IMG/VR virus record: IMGVR_UViG_3300024239_000354
DNA length: 64,000 nt
Source of the DNA: an uncultured virus (IMG/VR IMGVR_UViG_3300024239_000354)
Lineage: Duplodnaviria; Heunggongvirae; Uroviricota; Caudoviricetes
Direction: 5' to 3' (one strand)
The translations under genes and the position numbers were made by a program. Of the stretch, positions 1-9,500 are shown piece by piece. The notes under the pieces were generated by a model. The model saw only the letters and a list, made by a program, of their open reading frames with translations. It was not told where the DNA came from and did not search any database. How positions within the stretch are numbered: the stretch's first letter is position 1; the number at the start of each line of letters is the position of its first letter.

Positions 1-55
1 ACCATCGTTGATTCGCTGGCGGTGTAAATGATAAAGGGGAGCCACTGGCTCCCCT

Positions 56-238
56 TTATCCCGGATACACATCTCGGAGTTCGATTTCCCGCACACCGGA
101 GGTATCTTTGATGCGCAAATGTTGGTATCCCAACCGACTCGCACACATCAGTACAATGTCGCGGTACGGCAAAGGATGGGGGAAAACTACCCACCCATGA
201 ACATCTTTGTACCACGCTTCGATATGAATATCAGTCAT
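56..238 (-). CDS. small hypothetical protein
   Basis: 60-aa ORF with a TAAATA motif upstream and a hairpin terminator (33-58) at its end. Confidence 0.55.
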   Translation of the reverse strand: MTDIHIEAWYKDVHGWVVFPHPLPYRDIVLMCASRLGYQHLRIKDTSGVREIELRDVYPG

Positions 239-405
239 GGGTCACCCCTTACTTATTTACTTATGGTACAAATAGACTATTTAAATGCCAATTACTCTTT
301 AGGGTTGGATACATCCCTCATCCGTATACAACAACCTTAAAAATTGCCGTTCGTTTGGATCAATGGGAGAATACCCAAACTACTCTGGACTAGGGTGAAA
401 ACTCG

Positions 406-666
406 ATGACATTTTCTGACAAGCCCGTAGGTATCACGGCAACTCCGTATTTGGTGCTTATTGACGGACAACCGCATCCACGTCGTTGCATACAGGTTGA
501 AGATGCAGTTGACTTGTTGATTGAAACTGCAACTTCACTTGCGACCGCGACATATGCCGTCAAGTATGGTATAGAGTGTATTGAATTTACGCTCGCAGAA
601 ATTCGCGATAGTGTAAAATCACATCTTGTGCAAAAAGTCGCATCATTGAAGAAGGATAACATCTAA
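406..666 (+). CDS. hypothetical protein
   Basis: 86-aa ORF, first of a tightly packed + strand run. Confidence 0.6.
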   Translation: MTFSDKPVGITATPYLVLIDGQPHPRRCIQVEDAVDLLIETATSLATATYAVKYGIECIEFTLAEIRDSVKSHLVQKVASLKKDNI

Positions 667-667
667 T

Positions 668-1261
668 ATGCTGTGGGAACTTATCGCCGTTGGCGGTTTC
701 CTGTTCTGGGGCGTCATTGCCCTGGCGTTTGCCGCCATCATCGCCGCGCTCGAATATGAGAACGGTAAAGCTGCCACTGTGGTCGCCGTCATATTCGCCC
801 TTGCTATGACGCTATTCAGTGATTTCAAGCCCATCGAGTGGCTAACACTGAATTGGAAGTCGCTGATCTGGTATGCGGCTGCCTACGTTGGTATTGGCAT
901 CCTATGGGGTGTTATCAAGTGGCGGTTCTACGTCATGAATCGCGTGGATCGTTATGACGATCTTAAGGCGAAATTCCTTGATGACAACAACATCAAGGAG
1001 AAGAACATTCCGGATGAATATAAGAAGCAGTGGGCAGCCCACTGCCGCAATGAATTCGGATATGGCTTCCGCATTCCGATGCAGGTTTCCCACTACAAGT
1101 CCACCATCATCATGTGGATGTCCTATTGGCCCTTTAGCGGCTTCTGGACCCTGCTGAACGATCCGGTAAAGCGCATTTTCCGCTTCTGCTACCGCCACAT
1201 GGCGGGTGGTCTTCAGAAGATTTCCGACCATGCGTTTGCGGACGCCAAGGCGGATTTCTAA
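668..1261 (+). CDS. membrane protein, hypothetical
   Basis: 197 aa with several hydrophobic segments; AAGGA SD upstream. Confidence 0.8.
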   Translation: MLWELIAVGGFLFWGVIALAFAAIIAALEYENGKAATVVAVIFALAMTLFSDFKPIEWLTLNWKSLIWYAAAYVGIGILWGVIKWRFYVMNRVDRYDDLKAKFLDDNNIKEKNIPDEYKKQWAAHCRNEFGYGFRIPMQVSHYKSTIIMWMSYWPFSGFWTLLNDPVKRIFRFCYRHMAGGLQKISDHAFADAKADF

Positions 1262-1440
1262 TGGCAACGCCCTTGAATGAAAAGCCACATCATACCCGTT
1301 GTCCAAAATGCGGGCATGTCTGATCAGTCAAGGTCGAGCTATCGGAGTTCAACCGCATTGTGATGAGTGCGGCTGGGACTCGTCAGGATAATGAAGTCCA
1401 CCGCGTCATTGAGGCACTGGTGGAAATTCCGAAAGGGTAA
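1261..1440 (+). pseudogene. small CxxC protein interrupted by an in-frame TGA (pseudogene or readthrough)
   Basis: Translates MATPLNEKPHHTRCPKCGHV*SVKVELSEFNRIVMSAAGTRQDNEVHRVIEALVEIPKG; the ATG overlaps the upstream TAA. Confidence 0.5.
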
Positions 1441-1467
1441 ATAGCCGGGATAACCGGCTAGGAACCT

Positions 1468-1755
1468 ATGAACTCGCTTGAGAAACTACAGAAGTTGCTA
1501 CGTGAGGGGCGTCGCTATACGGACATAAAGTCCTCGGACTATGCACCGTATAGCGACGCCTACCGCATTACACATCGGTTGTGGATCAAGCAGCTAAACG
1601 CAGCCCTGGCGGAAGCTGGGGCTACGGACTTGTTTCTGGATAAGCTCAAAACCGTGATGGAAATGCCCCTTCAAAACCATGAGCGTCCGAAACATGATTG
1701 GGAATGGCGGTTATTATGCCACGCCCTTGATTGGGTTCTTATGGAATTTTATTGA
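1468..1755 (+). CDS. hypothetical protein
   Basis: 95-aa ORF with AGGA SD; its stop overlaps the rnhA start (TGATG). Confidence 0.7.
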   Translation: MNSLEKLQKLLREGRRYTDIKSSDYAPYSDAYRITHRLWIKQLNAALAEAGATDLFLDKLKTVMEMPLQNHERPKHDWEWRLLCHALDWVLMEFY

Positions 1756-2192
1756 TGCCAAAATTAACCATCTATACCGATGGCGCGTGCCTCGGAAACC
1801 CCGGACCCGGTGGTTGGGGAGTTGTAATCCAGAATGAAGCTGGATCGGTGGAACTGTCGGGGAACCACCACGATACCACCAATAATCGCATGGAAGTCCT
1901 CGCGGTTATTAAAGCCCTAGAAGCCGTTCCGGGGGATAGCTACGATCTGACCATTTACTCAGATAGCCAGTACATGATCAAAGGCATCACAGAGTGGATT
2001 AAAGGCTGGAAAAAGCGCCAATGGAAAACCGCCGACAATAAGCCGGTCAAGAATTACGATTTGTGGCTAACCCTAGATGGACTTGCCAGTCTTCACAAAA
2101 TTACATGGAAATGGGTCAAAGGGCACAACGGCAACCCCGGTAACGAACGCGCTGATCAACTGGCTAGTGCCGCCGCCAAGCGGGCTGCTTAA
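1755..2192 (+). CDS. rnhA: ribonuclease HI
   Basis: IYTDGACLGNPGPGGWG, TTNNRME, DSQY and WVKGHNGNPGNERAD motifs. Confidence 0.97.
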   Translation: MPKLTIYTDGACLGNPGPGGWGVVIQNEAGSVELSGNHHDTTNNRMEVLAVIKALEAVPGDSYDLTIYSDSQYMIKGITEWIKGWKKRQWKTADNKPVKNYDLWLTLDGLASLHKITWKWVKGHNGNPGNERADQLASAAAKRAA

Positions 2193-2773
2193 TCAGTAAA
2201 TTTACGAGGGTCTGGAACTTCTCGCCCCTCTGCATCAAACCATCCATGGATGGTGACTTGAGAACGGTCGATCTTTCCCTTGTAACAAACACCACCACCA
2301 TAGAGCAGGCTATCTGCCAAAGTATCACTGATGTCTTTCGCGCGATCTTCAGCGCCCCACTGGCGTTTGTTCCGCAATTGATCGGCATCAACCTTGCATT
2401 TACTGATCGGCACTATAACCGAATAAACCACGTAAGGGGCTTTCCCTGGATACGCCATCCGGGCAAACCCAACCGCACGCTGCGGATCATATGTCAGGTA
2501 AACATTCCCGTGCCCGCTCTGAAGTGATTTAGCGGTGCGCGAGCTTGTTGGCTTAAGCCCCTGTGACATGATGTCGTGTTCAGTAGACGTGCCGTGGTAG
2601 AGCTTCAAATAGTTACGCTTGTTTCGGAACAACCAAAGATGAAATTCCCGTTTCTCTTCCGGTGTCAGATTCCCACGATTGGCCTTTAACTCAAGGTCAA
2701 AGAGGCGGCGCGTTTTCTGTGGATCAAAGTCGAACGGCTCAAAGGGCGACCCTTCGATTTCAAACAGTCTCAT
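2189..2773 (-). CDS. putative virion-packaged ADP-ribosyltransferase-fold protein
   Basis: MRLFEIE N-terminus; LYHGTS...GLKP...VYLT...A..FA pattern typical of ART-like phage domains. Confidence 0.6.
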   Translation of the reverse strand: MRLFEIEGSPFEPFDFDPQKTRRLFDLELKANRGNLTPEEKREFHLWLFRNKRNYLKLYHGTSTEHDIMSQGLKPTSSRTAKSLQSGHGNVYLTYDPQRAVGFARMAYPGKAPYVVYSVIVPISKCKVDADQLRNKRQWGAEDRAKDISDTLADSLLYGGGVCYKGKIDRSQVTIHGWFDAEGREVPDPRKFTD

Positions 2774-2982
2774 TTTCTACTCCGTATATGCAATTTCTCT
2801 TTTTGGCAGTCCACTTATAATTAGGACGATGCCCCATATGCCGGTCACGACTGTGGGTGGTTGGCTTGATGGCTTGATCCTGCATAATGGATGCGGCTTT
2901 GCGTACATCAGTACCATGAGGCGTCCTCAGTTACGATACGTTCAAGCAGGGTAATGTAGTGGCGAATTTCATCAGTAGACAT
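2760..2982 (-). pseudogene. frameshifted remnant of an ART-like late gene
   Basis: TAAATA promoter, then MSTDEIRHYITLLERIVTEDA; another frame continues HGTDVRKAASIMQDQAIKP... Confidence 0.45.
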
Positions 2983-3041
2983 AATCCTATTTATGGCGCC
3001 GATCCAGTCTGTGTGATATAGCTTACACAGAGGAAAATTAG

Positions 3042-3194
3042 ATGAAGACTTCACAATATCTTGGGATTTGCGGGTTGCTTTGGTTGAACGCTGGCACCCA
3101 ATTATTTGGTACGCAGTTGGCTGTTACGTATACCGGCATGGCAGTTTTGTGCATGCTTGGTTCAATTTATTATGGAATTCTAAAACGGGACTAA
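3042..3194 (+). CDS. small membrane protein
   Basis: 50-aa hydrophobic ORF (MKTSQYLGICGLLWL...) with GAGG SD. Confidence 0.55.
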   Translation: MKTSQYLGICGLLWLNAGTQLFGTQLAVTYTGMAVLCMLGSIYYGILKRD

Positions 3195-3196
3195 AA

Positions 3197-4471
3197 ATGC
3201 TTGATATTAAACTCTTTCGGGAAAATCCCGAAATCATCCGCACCGCTATGCAGAACCGTGGGGCAACCAAGCTTGCCGATTTGGTATCGAGCATTCATAC
3301 CGAAGAATTTCAGCTTCGTTTGCACCAGTCTCGTATTGAAACCAACCAAGCAAAACTCAATGCATTGTCGCGCGAAATCGGCTTAAAGAAAAAAGCCGGG
3401 GAACCTGCCGACGATTTAATGAATGAAGCCACACAACTTAACGCCATTATCAGTCAAGACACTGCTTCTCTTATTGAAGCGGGTGACAATACCTTGCATT
3501 TGAAACTGGCGCAGTTCCCCAATATCCCGGACGCGGATGTGCCGGTGGGTGACGAAAGCGCCAATCAAGCAGTGGATTCCTGGGGCACCCCAGGGTATCT
3601 ATATGGCAAAGACACCCCAAGTTGTCTGATTCCCAGTAAAAACCCAAAACCTCATTGGGAAATCCGTGGGTTCGACTTCGAGACGGCAACCAAAATGTCG
3701 GGGCGCCGCTTCACCATCCTTCGTGACGACATTGCCCGGCTCGAACGCGCCATCACCAACTTCATGGTCGATGTTCAGACCAAAGAACACGGCTATGAAC
3801 TGGTGTCGGTGCCATATCTGGTGAATTCGAACGCGCTGTTCGGGACCGGACAGCTTCCGAAGTTCGAAGATGACCTGTTCAAAACCACCGATGGTCGTTA
3901 CCTGATCCCGACTGCTGAAGTGTCACTCACCAATATGGTAGCGGACAGCATCCTCCATCTGGATACGCTGCCGATGAAAGTTTGTGCGGTGACCCCATGC
4001 TTCCGAGCCGAAGCGGGGGCGGCAGGACGTGATGAAAGGGGCATGATTCGCCAACATCAATTTAACAAACTCGAACTGGTCAAGGTCGTCCACCCAGACC
4101 ATTCGGACGCCGAACTTCAGAGCATGGTCGAAGACGCGCGCCAAATTCTGGTCAAACTGGGCATCCCACATCGTGTTGTGCTACTCAGCACGGGCGATAT
4201 GGGGTTCAGCGCCGCCAAGACCTATGACATCGAAGTGTGGCTACCGGGTCAGAACGCCTACCGTGAAATCTCGTCCTGCTCCAATTGCCGCGATTTCCAA
4301 GCTCGTCGCATGCAGGCACGTTTCAAGGACGAGAACAAGAAGAACCGTCTGGTTCATACCTTGAATGGATCGGGGCTGGCAGTGGGTCGGACTCTGATTG
4401 CCGTCGTGGAGAATTTCCAGCGCGAGGACGGCAGCATTGCTATCCCGGATGCGCTCGAACCGTACATGTGA
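3197..4471 (+). CDS. serS: seryl-tRNA synthetase
   Basis: MLDIKLFRENPE start, coiled-coil arm, GTGQLPKF, LIPTAEV, FRAEAG, EISSCSNC and TLNGSGLAVGR motifs. Confidence 0.97.
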   Translation: MLDIKLFRENPEIIRTAMQNRGATKLADLVSSIHTEEFQLRLHQSRIETNQAKLNALSREIGLKKKAGEPADDLMNEATQLNAIISQDTASLIEAGDNTLHLKLAQFPNIPDADVPVGDESANQAVDSWGTPGYLYGKDTPSCLIPSKNPKPHWEIRGFDFETATKMSGRRFTILRDDIARLERAITNFMVDVQTKEHGYELVSVPYLVNSNALFGTGQLPKFEDDLFKTTDGRYLIPTAEVSLTNMVADSILHLDTLPMKVCAVTPCFRAEAGAAGRDERGMIRQHQFNKLELVKVVHPDHSDAELQSMVEDARQILVKLGIPHRVVLLSTGDMGFSAAKTYDIEVWLPGQNAYREISSCSNCRDFQARRMQARFKDENKKNRLVHTLNGSGLAVGRTLIAVVENFQREDGSIAIPDALEPYM

Positions 4472-4477
4472 GGAACC

Positions 4478-4639
4478 ATGGAATTCGATTACAACAACCC
4501 CGAAACCTGGGGTCACTGCGAAATAATCATGTACTTGGCGGGGTTGAAAGGGCGTCCCAGCATGCGTGGGGATGAAGCCATCATCGAACGCGCGATCAAA
4601 TTGCTTTCAGATGCAGCGCCCGGCAGTGAGGAAGATTAG
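4478..4639 (+). CDS. small hypothetical protein
   Basis: 53-aa ORF with GAGG SD between serS and a terminator. Confidence 0.5.
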   Translation: MEFDYNNPETWGHCEIIMYLAGLKGRPSMRGDEAIIERAIKLLSDAAPGSEED

Positions 4640-4680
4640 GTTTTCGTGCTGCATGGTTGGTAGGTTTTCGTGATGTAAAG

Positions 4681-4712
4681 AGCCGCAAGGGCAACCTTGC
4701 GGCTCTCTTTAT
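4681..4712 (+). terminator. intrinsic terminator
   Basis: AGCCGCAAGG-GCAA-CCTTGCGGCT hairpin followed by a T-rich tail. Confidence 0.8.
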
Positions 4713-4802
4713 TTAACAGTGGGTGATGTCAAAATTATGCCGCAAGGCTTTTTGGGATAGCAAATTCGCCTAAATAACTCAAGGCTCAGCAAAGGATGCG
4801 TT

Positions 4803-7800
4803 ATGGCGACGAATCGATACATCGTAGTGTTGAAAAAAGGGACTGATCGGGCGTCTTTCATTAAGGAACTGACCCAACAAAACATTAATATCCCCTACGT
4901 TTTTGTTGCGCGTCCCCTGGATTTCGTAGCCCAGATGGACGAGAACAAAGCAGCAACACTACGCCAAGATTCAAGGGTTTTTACCGTAAGTATAGACGAA
5001 GAAATATACCCATCTGCAATACAGCCTATTGCGCCAGTTGGACAACAATCAAATTGGGGACTGGATCGCATCGACCAACGAAGTCTCCCGTTAAACAACA
5101 AATTTTCATACAGCCGAACCGGACGTGATGTTGACCTATACATCATCGACACTGGCATTCGATACACTCATTCAGAATTTCAAGGACGTGCCAGAATACT
5201 CCCAGGGTTCGATCCTTTTGGTGATAACGGAATTGACGACTGGAAAACTAACGGACATGGAACGACCGTTGCATCGGTTGCGGGCGGACGTACTTGCGGT
5301 GTCGCAAAAAATGTAAACATTTTTTCGGTTAAAGTGTTCAAGCAGTCCAGTGGATACGCATCCACTTTTATCGATGCCTGTGCAGCAGTAAAACAACACC
5401 ATCTTTCAAAGGGTAATACCAATCCTTCGGTAGTCAACATGTCGTTGAGTTTCAGTGGACGATTGGAAAGCATTAACAATGCGGTTCGTGACCTTATCGA
5501 GAATGGTATCATAGTCGTCAATTCCGCCGGTAATAATAATCAAGATGCATCAAATTATAGTCCACAATCCACTGAACTTGACTTCCGTGCTATTGTTAAG
5601 ATTAATGCAGCGGATATCGGTAATACTATCGAATTCTTCGTTGGAAGTGATCCAAACTCATCAAGCGCAATCAAATTAAATACCGTCCCTGTACCATTCA
5701 CCGGTAATATTGTATCATTAGTTGAAAATATTTGTTACAATATCAACCAACTTTCATCAACAAAACACATCAGTAATGATGGATTGGTAAGTCAGGGGTT
5801 TCATGCATATGCCCCGAGCAGCCCCGTTGGCCGTCAACTGGGGCTAACGGATGATTGTTTTCTGATTACCACGTCTCTAACCCAACAATGGGCAGATCGT
5901 GATGCGGCAATCACATGGAAATTTAATGGTACTTTCAACACACCGTCTGCTAATGCGTCGGCGAACGTAATCAAGGATCATCGCGACGTTAAACTGATTG
6001 TAGTTGGTGCAGTTGATGAAACTGATACTCGTGCATGGTTTACCAATACCAGTACCGAAACACCAAACATAGCTGATGGTAATGATCTATCCAATTACGG
6101 GTCGGTTGTGGATTTATTTGCCCCCGGTACCAGCATCTATGGCGCCCAACGCACAGGGGATACCCAGTATATCTTCCAAAGCGGCACCAGTTTCTCGGCA
6201 CCACTAACTTCGGGTGTTATTTGCCTTCACCTCGAAGGGCGTGAGAAAAACACCATCAAAGTTAAGGAAATCCATGATTGGCTTATTGAAGTCAGCACCA
6301 AGGGAGTCTTGAAAAATATCCCAGAGACGCGAACTGTCACCGAGGCTCAATATGCACCGGAAAAAATTGGCACTTACACGCTGGTTGAAGAAACTACCGG
6401 GATAGTGAAGTGGAAGAAAAGCACTGTCAATTGGAGTTTCATTGACCGTGAAATTACCAACAGCAACATTACCAATTATCATGAAGTAGGATCAACCATT
6501 CGACCCCTTTGGGACTCTATTTTTACCGACATTATCGATCCAGATCAGCGTAAACAATTGATTGAGGCACAGATTCGCCAAGCATTTTCTTTCTGGTCGG
6601 AATACGCTCAGATTGATTTCGTAAAGGTGGATGATGATGGACGTGCGCCTGATCAATCGACAATTGATATTCGTTTCGGCGTTGAAGATATCGTTGACAC
6701 CAACGGTGACGTTTTGGCTCATGGGTTCTACCCATACACCTCGACCAATGGTCTAACTGGTGATGTACATTTCGATATAGATAATACCGCGCAATTCAAA
6801 TGGAACCATGGTTACTCGTTGACCAATGGGGAAATTGTCCAGGGAATCGGCACGCCGCTCGCCAATGGATTACTGTTCCTTGTCACTGCCATTCATGAAA
6901 TTGGACACGCTATCGGTATTGGGCACACGTATAGTGTTCTTCCGGAAAATCCGACCAGCCGTGGTTTGAACGTGATGGAGCCTGATCTTCGATTTTCAAT
7001 CACAGCATACTTACGCAAACATAGCCTGGGCGACGGCGATATTTCCGCAGCCCAAAAACTCTATGGACGCCGCTATATGGGTACGGTATCCCGTACCATC
7101 GGTGGCACCCCGAATCGGTTGCTCTACAGTCATTACACAAACATGACGTTAGAATGGGTCACCCTTGGTGATTTGGGTACGATCATTGAAATGACGCCTT
7201 TCCAGACCACTATTGAAGCGCATTCGACCAATGAAGCCGGTGATGCTCTGACTGTTTGGTATTCGTCGTCCGATCTACCATCCTGGCTTCAATTGAATGC
7301 CACCACCGGTATTGTTTCTGGTATGACTCCGGAAGTAACCGACGATGTTCAATATGATTTCACCGTCACGGCGACCGATGGTCAAAACACGATCAGCCGC
7401 ATTTTCACGGTAAACGTTCGTCACCGCAACACACCACCAAAATGGCTAGAGCCGTACCAGCCGGAACGCACCTTCACCGTATTCGAGAAAACCACCATCG
7501 ACCCGTACACGGTTTCGGTTATTGACGAAGATGGCGACACCATCGTGATGACCCGCCATCCCGTAGATTGGCCAGAATGGCTCACCTTCATCTTCAATGG
7601 TGAAGATTTGTCCTATTCCAACCCAGCAAAACCACGCGCCCGCCGGTTCTTCGGTACGGTGACTGGCACTACACCCGACCTTCCCCGTAGTGAAGATCAA
7701 CGACGGTATAAAGCGGTTATCCGCGCCCATGACGGTATTGAATATACCGACCGAACTGTGTTCTTTACAGTTCTTCAAGAACCCAATGTTCCGCCGGTAT

Positions 7801-9467
7801 GGGTTACCCCCGCAGGTTCCCTTGGGGAAATATTGGAGCAAGGCGATTTTGATTTTGCTCTTCAGGCAACTGACAGTAACGGTGACCGCATTTTCTATCT
7901 GATCGAAGATGAAGAAAACGCACCACTTCCTCCTGGCTTGAATTTGAACACGACCACCGGGCACATCATCGGACGCCCGGAGCCAGTTGATCATGATCGA
8001 ACATACACGTTTACGATATCCGCCTATGATGGGTTTGTAAAAATTCCGCGTGATTTTTCATTAACAGTTAAAAATGTTGAATTCGATGCGGTGCCACATT
8101 GGAAAACCCCGACCGGCTTGGTCGGAAGTATTCTCAGCGGTGGTTCAGCATACTTCGTTATCGAAGCCGAAGACCCGTTGGGTCGTCCCATCACGTTCAG
8201 TGAATTCACAGGCGGTGGGGTGTCTCGCCTTCCTGCTGGGCTAACCATCCATGCGAACGGCGCTATCACGGGACAAGCAACTCCGGTTGGTTCAAACACC
8301 AAATATACATTCACGATAGAAGCACGCCCACAAAATGGCACTTATCCCATTCGTCGTGACTTCTCGATCATGGTACTATCCACTGCATCTAAAGATACTC
8401 TTACGTGGATCACCACAGCCGGTAATATCGGAGAGGTCGGGGAAGAAAGTCCATCCACAATGTATTGTGAAGCAAAAATCGAAAGCTCGTATAGCGGTAA
8501 TACTGATATCAAATATATGATTGGAAATGCAGAAATTATACCAGCAATTGGCAATCAACCCTCACATTTTCTCCCGGCTGGTTTAACACTAACCGTTCAT
8601 CAGAATAAAGCACTGATTGTCGGGTGTCCTAACCTGATTAATGGCGATCAAACTATTAACTTTACGCTACAAGCATTTGTTGGACCCGCGTCAAACCCAT
8701 CTGGTATTTCAGCAGTTCGGGAGTTTAATCTAACGGTTAAGGAAATATACCCAGACGAATACATTGATGTGTCATTGCCCCTTATGGGTGCAAACCGTCA
8801 TGATTGGATTAGCTGGAATACATCCAGTCTAATTGCAGATGATCTTTTGTACCGCCCAACTGATGCTAATTTTGGTCGTATGATAGAACCGAACATGTAT
8901 TTGATCGGCGGGCTTCGATTGATTGATGTGGGCAACCCAATTGGTGAATTTACCAAGAAAATTGGTATTCACCATCGTGCAATTAAACTATTCATGGGGG
9001 ACTTGAACCTCGTGAAAGTAATGAATCAGAAACGTGATAAAGTATTATATGAAGTGATTTATATACCATTAGTAGACAACGGTGCTGGTCATGACTTCGC
9101 AACCCCATATACCCATTTCCAAACAACCGGTATTGAAGAGGTCACGCCTGCATCCATCAACAATATGCGTCAAGAGCTTCGTGATAACATTGGTTTCATT
9201 CGTGAAAATGGCGAAAATTTTCCACCGTGGATGACTGTACAACGTACTGTGAATGGCAAGGTCGTCTTTGGGTATCAACCGGCTATGGTTGTCGCTTACG
9301 TGCGCCCTGGACAGGGTGAACGGGCGTTGAAAGTTATCCGCTCCAAAGCACTCGATACCGCCTTCGTTGGGCGTCAAATCGACCTAGACCGGTATTTACT
9401 CACAGTGGTGAAGAATGGGGGGAAAGCAAATCGTACTACCAAGTACGTCACGTTCCCGACGAAATGA
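4803..9467 (+). CDS. large multidomain virion-type protein: S8 subtilisin-like protease + M10 metalloprotease + Ig-like repeats
   Basis: IIDTG / GHGT / SGTSFSAP triad; HEIGHAIGIGH zinc motif with a downstream VM turn; repeated P.W.TP.G.LG and LP.GL.L...TG.I.G Ig-like units; TAAATA at 4771. Confidence 0.85.
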   Translation: MATNRYIVVLKKGTDRASFIKELTQQNINIPYVFVARPLDFVAQMDENKAATLRQDSRVFTVSIDEEIYPSAIQPIAPVGQQSNWGLDRIDQRSLPLNNKFSYSRTGRDVDLYIIDTGIRYTHSEFQGRARILPGFDPFGDNGIDDWKTNGHGTTVASVAGGRTCGVAKNVNIFSVKVFKQSSGYASTFIDACAAVKQHHLSKGNTNPSVVNMSLSFSGRLESINNAVRDLIENGIIVVNSAGNNNQDASNYSPQSTELDFRAIVKINAADIGNTIEFFVGSDPNSSSAIKLNTVPVPFTGNIVSLVENICYNINQLSSTKHISNDGLVSQGFHAYAPSSPVGRQLGLTDDCFLITTSLTQQWADRDAAITWKFNGTFNTPSANASANVIKDHRDVKLIVVGAVDETDTRAWFTNTSTETPNIADGNDLSNYGSVVDLFAPGTSIYGAQRTGDTQYIFQSGTSFSAPLTSGVICLHLEGREKNTIKVKEIHDWLIEVSTKGVLKNIPETRTVTEAQYAPEKIGTYTLVEETTGIVKWKKSTVNWSFIDREITNSNITNYHEVGSTIRPLWDSIFTDIIDPDQRKQLIEAQIRQAFSFWSEYAQIDFVKVDDDGRAPDQSTIDIRFGVEDIVDTNGDVLAHGFYPYTSTNGLTGDVHFDIDNTAQFKWNHGYSLTNGEIVQGIGTPLANGLLFLVTAIHEIGHAIGIGHTYSVLPENPTSRGLNVMEPDLRFSITAYLRKHSLGDGDISAAQKLYGRRYMGTVSRTIGGTPNRLLYSHYTNMTLEWVTLGDLGTIIEMTPFQTTIEAHSTNEAGDALTVWYSSSDLPSWLQLNATTGIVSGMTPEVTDDVQYDFTVTATDGQNTISRIFTVNVRHRNTPPKWLEPYQPERTFTVFEKTTIDPYTVSVIDEDGDTIVMTRHPVDWPEWLTFIFNGEDLSYSNPAKPRARRFFGTVTGTTPDLPRSEDQRRYKAVIRAHDGIEYTDRTVFFTVLQEPNVPPVWVTPAGSLGEILEQGDFDFALQATDSNGDRIFYLIEDEENAPLPPGLNLNTTTGHIIGRPEPVDHDRTYTFTISAYDGFVKIPRDFSLTVKNVEFDAVPHWKTPTGLVGSILSGGSAYFVIEAEDPLGRPITFSEFTGGGVSRLPAGLTIHANGAITGQATPVGSNTKYTFTIEARPQNGTYPIRRDFSIMVLSTASKDTLTWITTAGNIGEVGEESPSTMYCEAKIESSYSGNTDIKYMIGNAEIIPAIGNQPSHFLPAGLTLTVHQNKALIVGCPNLINGDQTINFTLQAFVGPASNPSGISAVREFNLTVKEIYPDEYIDVSLPLMGANRHDWISWNTSSLIADDLLYRPTDANFGRMIEPNMYLIGGLRLIDVGNPIGEFTKKIGIHHRAIKLFMGDLNLVKVMNQKRDKVLYEVIYIPLVDNGAGHDFATPYTHFQTTGIEEVTPASINNMRQELRDNIGFIRENGENFPPWMTVQRTVNGKVVFGYQPAMVVAYVRPGQGERALKVIRSKALDTAFVGRQIDLDRYLLTVVKNGGKANRTTKYVTFPTK

Positions 9468-9499
9468 AAAAGCCCCGGTCCATGGACCGGGGCTTTTTA
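9467..9499. terminator. bidirectional intrinsic terminator
   Basis: AAAAAGCCCCGGTC-CATG-GACCGGGGCTTTTT between convergent genes. Confidence 0.85.
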
Positions 9500-9500
9500 T

